A DNA stretch of 64,000 bases, taken from an uncultured Phycisphaerales bacterium. Lineage in GTDB: Bacteria > Planctomycetota > Phycisphaerae > Tepidisphaerales > Tepidisphaeraceae. The stretch lies in the NCBI GenBank assembly GCA_963755915.1, contig CAVWLP010000002.1, forward strand, positions 3,328,001 through 3,392,000, read 5' to 3'. The position numbers and the translations under genes are program-made. A model generated the notes under the pieces. It was not told where the DNA came from. It worked only from the letters and a program-made list of their open reading frames with translations, and did no database searches. Shown piece by piece: positions 8,649 to 18,740 of this stretch. Numbering within the stretch: position 1 is the stretch's first letter; each line of letters begins with the position of its first letter.

Positions 8649-9092
8649 ATGGAAAACGATCAAATATTGCAGGCGATGAAGCTGGAGCTGGATTGCTATC
8701 GCAGCCTCGCCAAGCTCACCAACACGCAGCACGAGTGCATCCAGAACTCGCGCAGCGCGGAGCTGCTGGCGGTCCTGGGAAAGCGGCAGCAGTTTTTGCG
8801 GGAGATCACGAAGCTTCGGCAGATCAGTGCGGCGGCGCGCAAAAATTGGGCCGAGTTCATCGCGCAATTGCCGCCGGAGCGGCGCACGGAAGCGGAAAGC
8901 CTGCACCTGGAAACGCGGCACCTGATCGAGCAGATCGCGGCGGCCGACCGCGACGACACGCTGGTGATGCAGCAGCGAAAGCTGAACGTGGGAAAGAAGA
9001 TCAACCAGGCGACTTCTGCACGGAAGTTCAACCGCGCGTATGCCGCCGCCGCTTATGGGCAGGGAAAGCCGGGACTGGACATTCATCGTTGA
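8649..9092 (+). CDS. FlgN-like flagellar export chaperone
   Basis: All-helical 147 aa protein with FlgN/FliT-like pattern (ELDCYRSLAKLT..Q..CI....ELLAVLGKRQQ); flagellar context. Confidence 0.55.
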   Translation: MENDQILQAMKLELDCYRSLAKLTNTQHECIQNSRSAELLAVLGKRQQFLREITKLRQISAAARKNWAEFIAQLPPERRTEAESLHLETRHLIEQIAAADRDDTLVMQQRKLNVGKKINQATSARKFNRAYAAAAYGQGKPGLDIHR

Positions 9093-9097
9093 GATTT

Positions 9098-9921
9098 ATG
9101 GACACGACGACCGACACTCAAACTTCCACCGCCGCCCGCATCGAGGAGCTGGGGGGGATTATCCGCGAGTACAACCATCTCACGGAAAAGTTGCAGCATT
9201 CGCACGCGCAGCTTCAGAAGACGGTTCAATCGCTTCGCAGCGAGCTTTCGGAGAAGAACCGGCAGTTGGAGCGGCGCAAGCGGCTGGCGGCGCTGGGAGA
9301 GATGGCGGCGGGGATGGCGCACGAGATCCGCAATCCGCTGGGGGGAATCGAATTGTACGCGTCGTTACTTTGCGCGATGTGGCGGCGCAGCCGACGTCGC
9401 TGGAGCTGGTGAAGAAGATTTCCACTGGCGTGAAGCGGCTGGAGGCGCTGGTGAGCCAGGTGCTGCAGTTTTCGCGGGAGATTCACACGCAACTTTCGCC
9501 GGTCGATCTTGCGGAGCTTGTCGATCAATCGATCGAGCTTGCCGGTGAGCGGCTGCATGGGGCGATCGGATACGAAGCGCTGGGGCCCCGGCCGATGATT
9601 GTGCCGGTCGATCCGCTGCTGATTGGGCAGGCGGTTTTGAACTTGCTCATCAACGCCATCGAAGCCGTGGGAAGCGCGGGCGTGGTCAGTATCTCGTGGG
9701 CGCCCCATCCACCGGAGCATTTTCGGCTATGCATCCGCGACACGGGGCCGGGGATTTCTCCGGCGGCGCTGGACAAAATTTTCAACCCGTTCTTTACGAC
9801 GAAGGAAGCCGGCACGGGCCTCGGCCTGGCGATCGTTCACCGGATCGTGGAAGCGCACGACGGGACGATCACCGCGGGCAACGCGCCGGACGGTGGGGCG
9901 ATTTTCGAAATCAGGATTTAG
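9098..9921 (+). CDS. Cytoplasmic histidine kinase, FlgS/FleS-like (frameshift ~9372)
   Basis: Coiled coil + LAALGEMAAGMAHEIRNPL (HisKA) + NLLINAIEA, DTGPGI, FFTTK, GTGLGL; no TM or sensor domain. Confidence 0.9.
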
Positions 9922-9942
9922 CAAACAGGATCAGGAGACCGC

Positions 9943-11314
9943 ATGGCTCGAATACTTATTGTTGACGATCAGGACATGATGCGAGACTCGCTCGCGCAGT
10001 CACTCGTGCGTGAAGGTCACGAAGTCGTGGCGGCCACGGACGGCTCTGCCGCCGCGGCGCGCCTCGGCGCTGCCCGGTTTGACCTTCTCATCACGGATCT
10101 GCGCATGCCGAAGATGACCGGCCTGGAACTTCTCGCCGAGGCGAAGCGACTGCGCCCAGAGATGCCGGTCGTTTTGATGACGGCGTTCGCGTCGGTGGCA
10201 AATGCCGTCGAGGCGATGAAGCTGGGGGCGTACGACTACATCCAGAAGCCGTTCAACGGGGATGAAATCAAGCTGCTTGTCGACCGGACGCTGGAGCACA
10301 GCCGGCTGCGGCTGGAAAACCAGGCCTATCGCAGCATGACGGAGATCGGCTCGCCACGGCCGCTGGTGGGCGACAGCACGGCGATGCAGCAGGTTCGGAA
10401 TCAGATAGAGCTTGTGGCGCGCAGCAATGCGACGGTGCTTATTCGCGGCGAAAGCGGGACCGGCAAAGAGGTCGTCGCGCGGGCGATCCACCTGGCCTCG
10501 TCGCGGCGCGATCGGCCGATGCTTGCCGTTAACTGCGCGGCGCTTTCGGAAAATCTGCTGGAGTCCGAGCTTTTCGGCCATGAAAAGGGTGCGTTCACTG
10601 GGGCCGACAAGCTTCGTCGCGGGCGATTTGAGCTTGCCGATGGGGGCACGCTGCTTCTGGACGAAATCAGCGAAATTGCGGCGCCGCTTCAGGCGAAGCT
10701 TTTGCGGGTGCTCCAGGAAAGCTGTTTCGAGCGGGTGGGAAGCAGCCTGACGCAGCAGGTGGATGTGCGCGTGATTGCGACGACAAATCGCAATCTCGAG
10801 CGCTGCGTTGAAGAAGGCGATTTCCGGCAGGACTTGTTCTATCGCCTTAACGTGGTGCCGATCGAAATTCCGCCGCTGCGGAATCGGCTGGAGGATATTC
10901 CGGATTTGTCGCGGAATTTCATTCACCAGGCGAGCCGGCGGGAAAAGACGCCGTTCCGGCATATCGAGCCGGAGGCGATTGCGCTGCTTCAGCACTACGA
11001 TTGGCCGGGCAATGTGCGCGAGCTTCAGAACATCATCGAGCGCGCGGTGGTGCTGGAAAGCGAACCGGGGCGTTATCCGATCGCAAACGATTGAGCCGTG
11101 GCTGAAGCGCCAGCATCGGGACGCCAATCGCCGACGGGCTGGCCGGGCGTCCGCTGGCGGACATTGAAAAACAGGTGATCCTCAGCACGCTGCAGCAGTT
11201 CAAGGGGCATCGGGTTCGAACGGCCAGCGCCTGGGCATTGGCGTGCGAACGCTGGGCATGAAGCTGAAGCGCTGGCGCGAAGAAGGAGAGCTCGCCGAGG
11301 CGATTGCACAATGA
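9943..11314 (+). CDS. Sigma54-dependent response regulator (NtrC/FlgR-like; frameshifts ~11070 and ~11230)
   Basis: Receiver domain, GESGTGKE, GAFTGA, WPGNVREL, then a Fis-type HTH in shifted frames. Confidence 0.92.
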
Positions 11315-11410
11315 AACAGCGCAGGGAAACAGCGCAGCAATTGCCGGTTTCGGCGCAGGTTCAGCTTTGCTAAGAGAAAGGCGACGCTGAATTTTCCGAA
11401 TGAACTGTTG

Positions 11411-11426
11411 TGGCACGCGGTTTGTT
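11411..11426 (+). promoter_or_regulatory. Candidate sigma54 -24/-12 promoter of flgB
   Basis: TGGCAC-GCGGT-TTGT (GT instead of GC at -12); very close to the RBS, so uncertain. Confidence 0.45.
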
Positions 11427-11440
11427 GTTGGAGGTACTGA

Positions 11441-11839
11441 ATGTTTATTGATCGGTTGCTAAATCAGGGAAGTGAGCCGGTACTTGAGCAGACGCTTCAA
11501 TTTACCGAAGCGCGGCAGCGGCTTCTCGCCGAAGATGTGGCGAATTCTTCTACGCCGAATTATGTGCAGAAGGACCTGTCCCTCGATCAATTTCAGAAGG
11601 TTCTTGTCAAGAAGATCGACGAGCAGTCGTCGGAAGTGCCGGGAACCGTCAGTTTCCAGGACGTCTCGATGGACATTCAGCATCCGGACCACGGCATTCT
11701 GTTTCACGACGGCAACAACCGCTCGATGGAACAGCTTATGAGCGACCAGGCCAAGAACGCACTGATGCATAACATGGCGGTCGAGCTGCTCCGCGACCAG
11801 TATTCGATGATTGAAACCGCATTGAAGGAAGGGAAATAA
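11441..11839 (+). CDS. flgB: Flagellar basal-body rod protein FlgB
   Basis: RQRLLAEDVANSSTPNY, DGNNRSMEQLM; first rod gene. Confidence 0.92.
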   Translation: MFIDRLLNQGSEPVLEQTLQFTEARQRLLAEDVANSSTPNYVQKDLSLDQFQKVLVKKIDEQSSEVPGTVSFQDVSMDIQHPDHGILFHDGNNRSMEQLMSDQAKNALMHNMAVELLRDQYSMIETALKEGK

Positions 11840-11842
11840 ACA

Positions 11843-12248
11843 ATGTTTGACATTTTGGACATGGGAGCCAGTGCGTTGACGGCGCAGCGGATCCGGATGG
11901 ATACGATTGCCGGCAACATCGCCAACATCAACACGCTTCGCGACGCCAGCGGCAAGCACGAATCCCTATCGCCGGCGATTTGTGGTCTTTGCCCCGGGGC
12001 AGGCGGATGATCCGAGCAAGCCAGGCGTGCACGTGCAGCAGGTGCGGGTCGATCAGTCGCCGCTTCCGAAGCGATTTGATCCGGGAAATCCGGATGCAGA
12101 CAAGGACGGTTACGTCAGCTATCCGAACGTCGATCTGGCGATTGAGTTCGTGAACGCCCTGGAAGCCTCGCGGGCGTACGAAGCGAACGTGACCATGATG
12201 GACACTGCGAAGTCGATGTTTAATTCGAGCTTGCGTTTGCTGGCATAA
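11843..12248 (+). CDS. flgC: Flagellar basal-body rod protein FlgC (frameshift ~11950)
   Basis: MFDILDMGASALTAQRIRMDTIAGNIAN then NPYRRR, DADKDGYVSYPNVD, ASRAYEAN. Confidence 0.93.
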
Positions 12249-12265
12249 GCACGAAGATTTGACCG

Positions 12266-12577
12266 ATGATGATCGACCCCACGAGCGGCGGGCTTGGCAA
12301 TGTCGGCGGCATCACGCCGGCAGGGGGGCAAACGCCAGGTTCGGGCGCCCAGCCGGCGAGCAGCTTCTCCGATGTGCTCAAGAAAAGCATCGAAGAGGTG
12401 TCGAAGCTTCAGCAGGACGCATCGCAGGCCGTCGATGCGGTTTCAACCGGACAAACAGAAAACGTCACCGGCGTGATGAGCGCGGTGGAAAAAGCCGACC
12501 TCGCGTTTAAGACACTTTTGGCGATTCGCTCGAAACTGATGGATGCGTATGATGAGATTAAACAGATATCCATCTAG
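12266..12577 (+). CDS. fliE: Flagellar hook-basal body protein FliE
   Basis: SFSDVLKKSI, VMSAVEKADLAF, IRSKLMDAYDEIKQI. Confidence 0.95.
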   Translation: MMIDPTSGGLGNVGGITPAGGQTPGSGAQPASSFSDVLKKSIEEVSKLQQDASQAVDAVSTGQTENVTGVMSAVEKADLAFKTLLAIRSKLMDAYDEIKQISI

Positions 12578-12619
12578 TTTTTGTTCACGGCAGTCGCGGG
12601 ACTCGAAATTTATTTTTTA

Positions 12620-12661
12620 GGCCCTCACCCCAACCCTCTCCCGGAGTACCGGGAGAGGGGG
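12620..12661 (+). repeat. REP-like repeat family A
   Basis: GGCCCTCACCCCAACCCTCTCCCGGAGTACCGGGAGAGGGGG between fliE and fliF. Confidence 0.85.
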
Positions 12662-12765
12662 TAAGAGGTTTTTGCTCCGGCTGTTGCAATTTGGAGCACA
12701 GCATGTTCTAACACCAGCAACGTTCGCAGGATGCGAATCAAGTCTCGGCCAAGGAGGGCTGAGCG

Positions 12766-14410
12766 ATGGATTTCCTCAAAGCCCAGATCACCCGCATACA
12801 AGAGCAGCTTGCCGGGCTCAGCAGCCACCCAGAAGATGCTGGTTTTCTGCCTGCTGACCATCATGGTTATGACGCTGGTCTGGTGGTCGCGCTGGGCGGC
12901 AGAGCCGGAAATGTCACCGCTGCTGGATCAGTCGCTTACCACCGAGGACATCGGCCAGATCTCCGCAAATCTCGACGCCCGCGATATTCCGCACACCGTG
13001 AATGGCGACAAGGTTCTGGTTCCCGCGGACCGGAAGATGGAAATCCTTGCCACGCTGGGATATTCCAACGCGCTTCCTCGCGATTTCGACAAGGGGTTTG
13101 ACGCGATCATCAAGGAGATGAACTGGCTCGATCCGCCGGACAAAACCGCGGAGATGTTTTTGCGGGCCCGGGAGCAGACGCTTTCGGCGATGATGCGCAA
13201 CTGGCCGGGGGTTTCCGATGCGGAAGTGGTGATCGATCCGCACACGGATCGCGACATCGGCTCCAACGACGCGGTTCCCGTGGCGACGGTTACGCTGACG
13301 ACCGGCCGCGATGACCAGATGTCGGCGCGGCAACTGGCTCAATCGGCGGCGGCCGTTGTCTGCGGTGCGCAGGCGGGTTTGCTGCGAAGCAATGTCAACG
13401 TCGTTATCGACGGCGTTTCATATCCCGTGAAAGATCACACTGACCAGACCACAATCGGGGACGACGGCGATCCCGTGCAGATGCAGAAGAATTGGGAAGA
13501 CCTGTATACGCAAAAGATCGAGAACTCGCTGTCTGATATTCACGGCTTGTTTGTGTCGGTGACTGTGAAGCTGGATACCTCGCTTTCGCGAAAGACTATT
13601 CATACCGTCGATCCCAAGCAGATCGTCTCGGTGCCGACGAAAACCGAGGAGACCAATTCGGAGACGCAGGCCGAGCCGGCTGCTTCGCAGGACCCTGGGG
13701 CGGTGTCGAACACCGCGCTGTCGCTGCCGTCGTCGGGCGGCGGGGGGGGCGGAAATACCAGCAGCTCCGATTCCACTGAGCTCAAAGCCGATTACAGCAA
13801 CACCGATGAACAGGTGACCCAGGAGGGGGGAATGGCGACGGTGGAATCGGCGTCGGTTCGCGTTCCGCGCAGCTACTTTGTCGACCAGTATAAAAATGAG
13901 AACGATGGGAAGGACCCGGACGACCCCGCGGCGTTTAAGGCGTTTATTGATGACACCTCGCAGAAGATTCACAACGTGGTGAAGGGTTGTGCGGTTTTTC
14001 CCAGCGACGATGCGCTGGTCGTTGAGGAATACAGCGATGCAGTGCCGCCGGAGCTTCCGCTGGGTCAGCAGGCGGCTGCCTCTCCGCTCAATGGCATCGT
14101 CACGAAGCACAGCAAGGAGCTGGGGATTGGAGTGCTGGCGGTCGTGAGCTTGTTCATGGTTTCGATGATGGCTCGCAAGGGGGCGGTGACTCCGGCGCTG
14201 GCCCAGGGTTTGCCAGAGGCCGATCCGCAGACGCTGAAGTCGGGCGAAACCGTAGTGGGCAACGCCGCGGAAAACAGTGCGACGCTCGATGGAATGGAAC
14301 TGGACGATGAAACGGTCAAGGCACAGCAAATGGTGGACCAGGTGCAACAGATGGTTTCCGCCAACCCGGAAGCTGCCGCGAATCTAGTGAAGCGCTGGCT
14401 TAACCGATAG
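12766..14410 (+). CDS. fliF: Flagellar MS-ring protein FliF (frameshift ~12825)
   Basis: AGGAGG RBS + MDFLKAQ..; two TM helices; C-terminal NPEAAANLVKRWLNR; lies between fliE and fliG. Confidence 0.9.
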
Positions 14411-14418
14411 GGTGATAT

Positions 14419-15423
14419 ATGGGAGAGGTCAACGGCGTACGAAAATCGGCGATTCTGCTGCTATCGCTTCCTCAGGAGCAGGCGGCGGAAATCCTCAAGC
14501 GGCTTCCGCCCGAGGCGGTTGAGGAAGTCAGCCGGGAAATTGCCGGGATACGCGACGTCGCCGCTGATTCGCGAAAGGAAGTTTTCGGGGAGTTTTACAA
14601 TCTGGCGCTGGCCAACTCCTATCTCAACGAGGGTGGACTTGAATATGCCAAGGCGCTGATTCGCAAGTCGATGGGCGATGACGACGCGAATCGGGTGATC
14701 AAGCAGGTGACGCAGCAGGTGCAGACTACGCCGTTTTCGTTCCTTCAGAAGGCCGAAAGCGAAAACCTTCTGACGTTTATCCAGGACGAGCATCCGCAGA
14801 CGATTGCTTTGATCCTGGCACACCTTCCGCCGCAGAAGGCGAGCGAAATTCTTGTGGGGCTTCCGAATCAGAAGCAGATCGAGGTTGTGAAGCGCGTCGC
14901 CAACATGGAGCAGACCAATCCCGAGGTGATCCGGGAGGTGGAGCGGGGGCTGGAGCATCGGCTTTCTGACATCGTCAGCCAGACGTTTGAAAAAGCGGGG
15001 GGCGTGGATACCGTCGCGGAGATTCTCAATCTCGCGGATCGATCGACGGAAAAGGGAATCATGGAAGGCCTCGAGGCGGAGGACCCCGACCTGGTCGAGC
15101 AGATCCGGCGCCTGATGTTCGTCTTCGAAGATATTTTGCTGGTCAACGACAAGGGGATTCAGTCGGTGCTGAAAGAAGTGGACAACGAGGAGCTGGCGCT
15201 GGCGTTAAAGACGGCCAGCGAAGACCTGAAGCAGAAGATTTTCAAGAATATGTCGGAGCGTGCGGCGCAACTGATTCAGGAAGATATGCAATATATGGGG
15301 CCGGTTCGCGTCAGCGACGTGGAATCGGCGCAGCAGAAGATCGTGGATGTCGTTCGCCGGCTGGAAGATGCGGGCGAAATCATCATCGCGGGCCGGGGCG
15401 GGGAAAAGGAAATGGTTGTCTGA
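14419..15423 (+). CDS. fliG: Flagellar motor switch protein FliG
   Basis: EHPQTIALILAHL, GGVDTVAEILN, MFVFEDI, NMSERAA. Confidence 0.97.
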   Translation: MGEVNGVRKSAILLLSLPQEQAAEILKRLPPEAVEEVSREIAGIRDVAADSRKEVFGEFYNLALANSYLNEGGLEYAKALIRKSMGDDDANRVIKQVTQQVQTTPFSFLQKAESENLLTFIQDEHPQTIALILAHLPPQKASEILVGLPNQKQIEVVKRVANMEQTNPEVIREVERGLEHRLSDIVSQTFEKAGGVDTVAEILNLADRSTEKGIMEGLEAEDPDLVEQIRRLMFVFEDILLVNDKGIQSVLKEVDNEELALALKTASEDLKQKIFKNMSERAAQLIQEDMQYMGPVRVSDVESAQQKIVDVVRRLEDAGEIIIAGRGGEKEMVV

Positions 15424-15488
15424 TCGGTTTCGTTGCTTAGTCGCGACCCGAAGGGAATCGGGTCTCAATCGATTTCACGGAGGAAATC

Positions 15489-16214
15489 ATGGGCCTCATC
15501 AAAGCCACCGACGTTCCGCTGGGCGTTTCCGCGTTTTCGATGCAGGATATCGAGGCGGCGGCGCGAATCGGTGCTTCTCCGGCGCCCGGGAAGGCCGACC
15601 AGATCATCGCCGGGGCACGCCGGAGTCGGAACAGATCAAGCAGCGGGCGAAAACCGAAGGGCTGGCCGAAGGGCGTCAGCAGGGGCGGCGCGAGGGGTTT
15701 GAGGAAGGCCGGAAATCGGGGCACGCCGCAGGCCCTGGCGCAAAACAGCGAGGCGATGAAGCAGCTGATCAATTCCCTTACCGAGGCGTGCCGGGATTTG
15801 GACGATGGCCGCGATCAGCTTCACACGCATGCCATCAGCGAGGTCGTGGGGCTCGCCAGCGCAATCGCTCGCAAAGTCATCAGCGCCGGGAGGCGAATAT
15901 CGATGATACGGTTCTGCGCGGAATTTGAAGGAGGCGCTGTCGCTGGCGGTTCACGCTGCCGACGTGCGAATCGCGGTGAATCCGGCGCAGCTCAAGACGC
16001 TTCAGGCAGAGATTCCAAATCTGCGCCTGGCGTGGCCGCAATTGAAACACATCGAACTGGCGGAAGATGCGGGACCTCGCCCGGCGGAGCGCGGGTTTTC
16101 ACCGCGCAGGGGCAGATCGACGCGGATGTGGATGTACAGCTCGATCGAATTATCGCGGATCTGCTTCCGGAAATGCGCGGAGGGGAAGTTGACCTATCTC
16201 GCCTCGCAAGTTGA
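15489..16214 (+). CDS. fliH: Flagellar assembly protein FliH (several frameshifts)
   Basis: MGLIKA..FSMQDIE; GxxxG repeats (EGLAEGRQQGRREGFEEG) in a shifted frame; VNPAQL; GGARVFTAQGQIDA. Confidence 0.85.
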   Translation: MGLIKATDVPLGVSAFSMQDIEAAARIGASPAPGKADQIIAGARRSRNRSSSGRKPKGWPKGVSRGGARGLRKAGNRGTPQALAQNSEAMKQLINSLTEACRDLDDGRDQLHTHAISEVVGLASAIARKVISAGRRISMIRFCAEFEGGAVAGGSRCRRANRGESGAAQDASGRDSKSAPGVAAIETHRTGGRCGTSPGGARVFTAQGQIDADVDVQLDRIIADLLPEMRGGEVDLSRLAS

Positions 16215-17564
16215 CGCGGTCGAAGCGCGCTTGCCATATCGCGTGGTCGGGCGGGTGCAGGCGATTGGGGGTCTAACGATCGAAGCCAGCGACCTGTCGC
16301 TGCCCGTGGGATCGCTTTGCAAAATCATCAGCATGGGAGGCTCGGAAAGTATTGCCGAAGTGGTAGGTTTTCAGCACGACCGAACACTGCTGATGTCTCT
16401 TGAATCGTCTTCGGGCGTTTCGCGGGGAGATTGCGTTGAGAGATCTCGGCGGCGCCCGACCATCAACTGCACGCATCGGATGCTCGGCCGCGTGCTGAAT
16501 GGACTTGGCAATCCGATTGACGGGCGCGAATCGCTTCCCCTGGGAATTCGACGCCGGATCGATGCGCTGTGCGGTTGAGCCGATGTAGCGGGTCAACATC
16601 GATAAGCCCATTTCCACGAGCGTTCGTTGCGTCGATGCGCTGCACACCTGCGGGCTTGGGCAGCGTATGGGAATATTCTCCGGCCCGGGCGTCGGCAAAA
16701 GCACGCTGCTCGGCCAGATCGCGAAGCACACTAGCGCCGATGTATCCGTCGTCGCGCTTGTCGGCGAGCGCGGCCGCGAGGTGCAGGAATTCCTGCAGAA
16801 AATCCTGGGTGAACATGGGCTGCGTCGATGCGTCGTCATTGTCAGCAGCGGAGACGAAGCGCCGCTGCTTCGCGTGCGGAGCGTGAAGGTTGCCTGCACG
16901 ATCGCCGAGTTTTTCAGCGACGAGGGGATGAACGTCCTGCTGATGGTCGATTCGATCACGCCGCATGTGCCACGCACAGCGGCAGATCGGGTTGGCGGCG
17001 CGGGAGCCGCCGGCGACCAAGGGATATCCGCCGAGCGTGTTCGCTATTTTGCCGCAGGTTTTGGAACGAGCCGGCCGGAGCAAGCGCGGGTCGATCACGG
17101 GGTATTATACGGTTCTTGTTGAAGGGGACGATTTTAATGAGCCGATTTCCGACGCCGTGAAGGGGATCGTCGATGGCCATCTCTGGCTCAGCCGGTCGCT
17201 GGCGAATCGTTCGCATTTTCCGGCGATCGACGTTCTCCAGAGCATCAGCCGCGTGCGCGGCGAGGTTATTGGGTCAGAGCAGCTTGGCCATATCCGACGG
17301 GTCATGAAGCTGATTGCCGTCTATCAGGACATCGAAGATCTCGTCAACATCGGGGCATATGTCCCCGGCGTGAACATGGAATTCGACATGGCCGTTCAGT
17401 CGCGGCCGCGCATTCTTCAGTTTCTTCAGCAGGATTCGAATTCACCGTTGAAAATGGAGCAATCGGTGACGCAGCTTGGTGAATTGTCGCTGTGGCTGGA
17501 CCAGTTGGAAAAGGCCCTTCGGGCCCAGGCGCAGAAAGCCAAACCCGCGGCCGCGGCGAAATGA
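16189..17564 (+). CDS. fliI: Flagellar export ATPase FliI (frameshifts and in-frame TAG at 16586-16588)
   Basis: GRVLNGLGNPIDG, GIFSGPGVGKSTLL, LVGERGREV, GYPPSVF, DGHLWLSR. Confidence 0.92.
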
Positions 17565-17575
17565 TCTGATTTCCC

Positions 17576-18064
17576 ATGCCCCGCTTTACTTTCCAACTCG
17601 AAGGTGTTCTTCGTCATCGAACGAATATCGAGCACCAACGCAAACGCGAGCTGGCCGTGATCCAATCGCAGATGGCGGTGCTTGATGCGGAACTGCGCGG
17701 TCTGGACGCTTCAGTCCGTGCTTCGGATGAAGATCTAAGAAAGAATCGCCTGACGGGTCGCCTGGATTTGGCGTTTCTCGCGGCCCATCGCCGATATTCT
17801 GTGGCCATGCACCGCAAGGCGATGGGGATTGCACAGAAAATGGGCGCGGTGAAAGTACACATCGACCAGGCGACGCGCAATCTCGCCGAAGCCGCCCGGG
17901 GGCGCAAGATAATGGAGAAGCTCAAAGAACGCCAGTTCAACCGCTGGCGCGAGGAGATTCGCCGCCGCGAGGACGTGGAAATGGACGAAATCGCCATGCA
18001 CATCGGCCACGACAATTTCGTTCATGCGGGCGGCACAAGCCGGAGCGAAGGGGGGCGTGAATGA
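17576..18064 (+). CDS. fliJ: Flagellar export protein FliJ
   Basis: MPRFTFQLEGVLRHR, KIMEKLKER, MDEIA; follows fliI. Confidence 0.9.
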   Translation: MPRFTFQLEGVLRHRTNIEHQRKRELAVIQSQMAVLDAELRGLDASVRASDEDLRKNRLTGRLDLAFLAAHRRYSVAMHRKAMGIAQKMGAVKVHIDQATRNLAEAARGRKIMEKLKERQFNRWREEIRRREDVEMDEIAMHIGHDNFVHAGGTSRSEGGRE

Positions 18065-18740
18065 AAAAGCTCCTGCTGATTCTGGCCTTCACGCTGGCGC
18101 TGAATTTTCTGGGCGCCGTGGGGGGCGTTGCGTATCTCTTTCAATCGGGAAAACTTGATAAGGCGAAGCTCGCGCAAGTGAAGACGCTGATTTTCTCGCC
18201 ACCACCGCCTGCCGCGACCACGCAGCCCAGTGCGCCATCGTCATCGGCCCCGGGACCCCGGCTCAATCTTGCCGACCTCCTGGCCAGCCACGCCGGCCTC
18301 TCTGCCATCCAGCAGGTTGATTTCGTCCGCCGCACATTCGACGCCCAGATGATGCAGCTCGATCAGCGGCAGCGGGAACTGATGGACCTCAAAAAACAGA
18401 TTGATCTGGCCAACGCCAAGCTCGCTGCCGACCGGGCCGCGCTCGATAAAAGGGCAAAAGACCTTGCCGACCGGGAACAAGAGGCGCAGAAGCTCCAGAA
18501 CGATCAGGGTTTCCAGACGAGCTTGTCCCTGTACAGTGCCATGCCGTCGCGCCAGGTAAAAATATTTTCATGACGCTGAATGAAACAACGGTGCAGCAGT
18601 ACTTACAGGCGATGGACACGCGCACGGCCGGAAAAATTATCAAGGAATTCAAAACGAGTGACGAAACAGCATTCATCCAGCGCGTATTGGAGCGCATACG
18701 GCTGGCCCAGGTTTCAGCCACGGATGGTAAATCTCCATGA
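18061..18740 (+). CDS. MotE/FlbB-like membrane-anchored coiled-coil protein (frameshift ~18565)
   Basis: N-terminal TM, coiled coil, LYSAMPSRQVK..F..MDTRTAGKII (MgtE_N-like); between fliJ and fliK. Confidence 0.7.

Noticed and set aside
16586-16588. TAG recoding or readthrough (fliI, fliA)
   Set aside because: Many genes end normally at TAG; the fliA TAG arises from a 1-nt insertion; the fliI case is isolated
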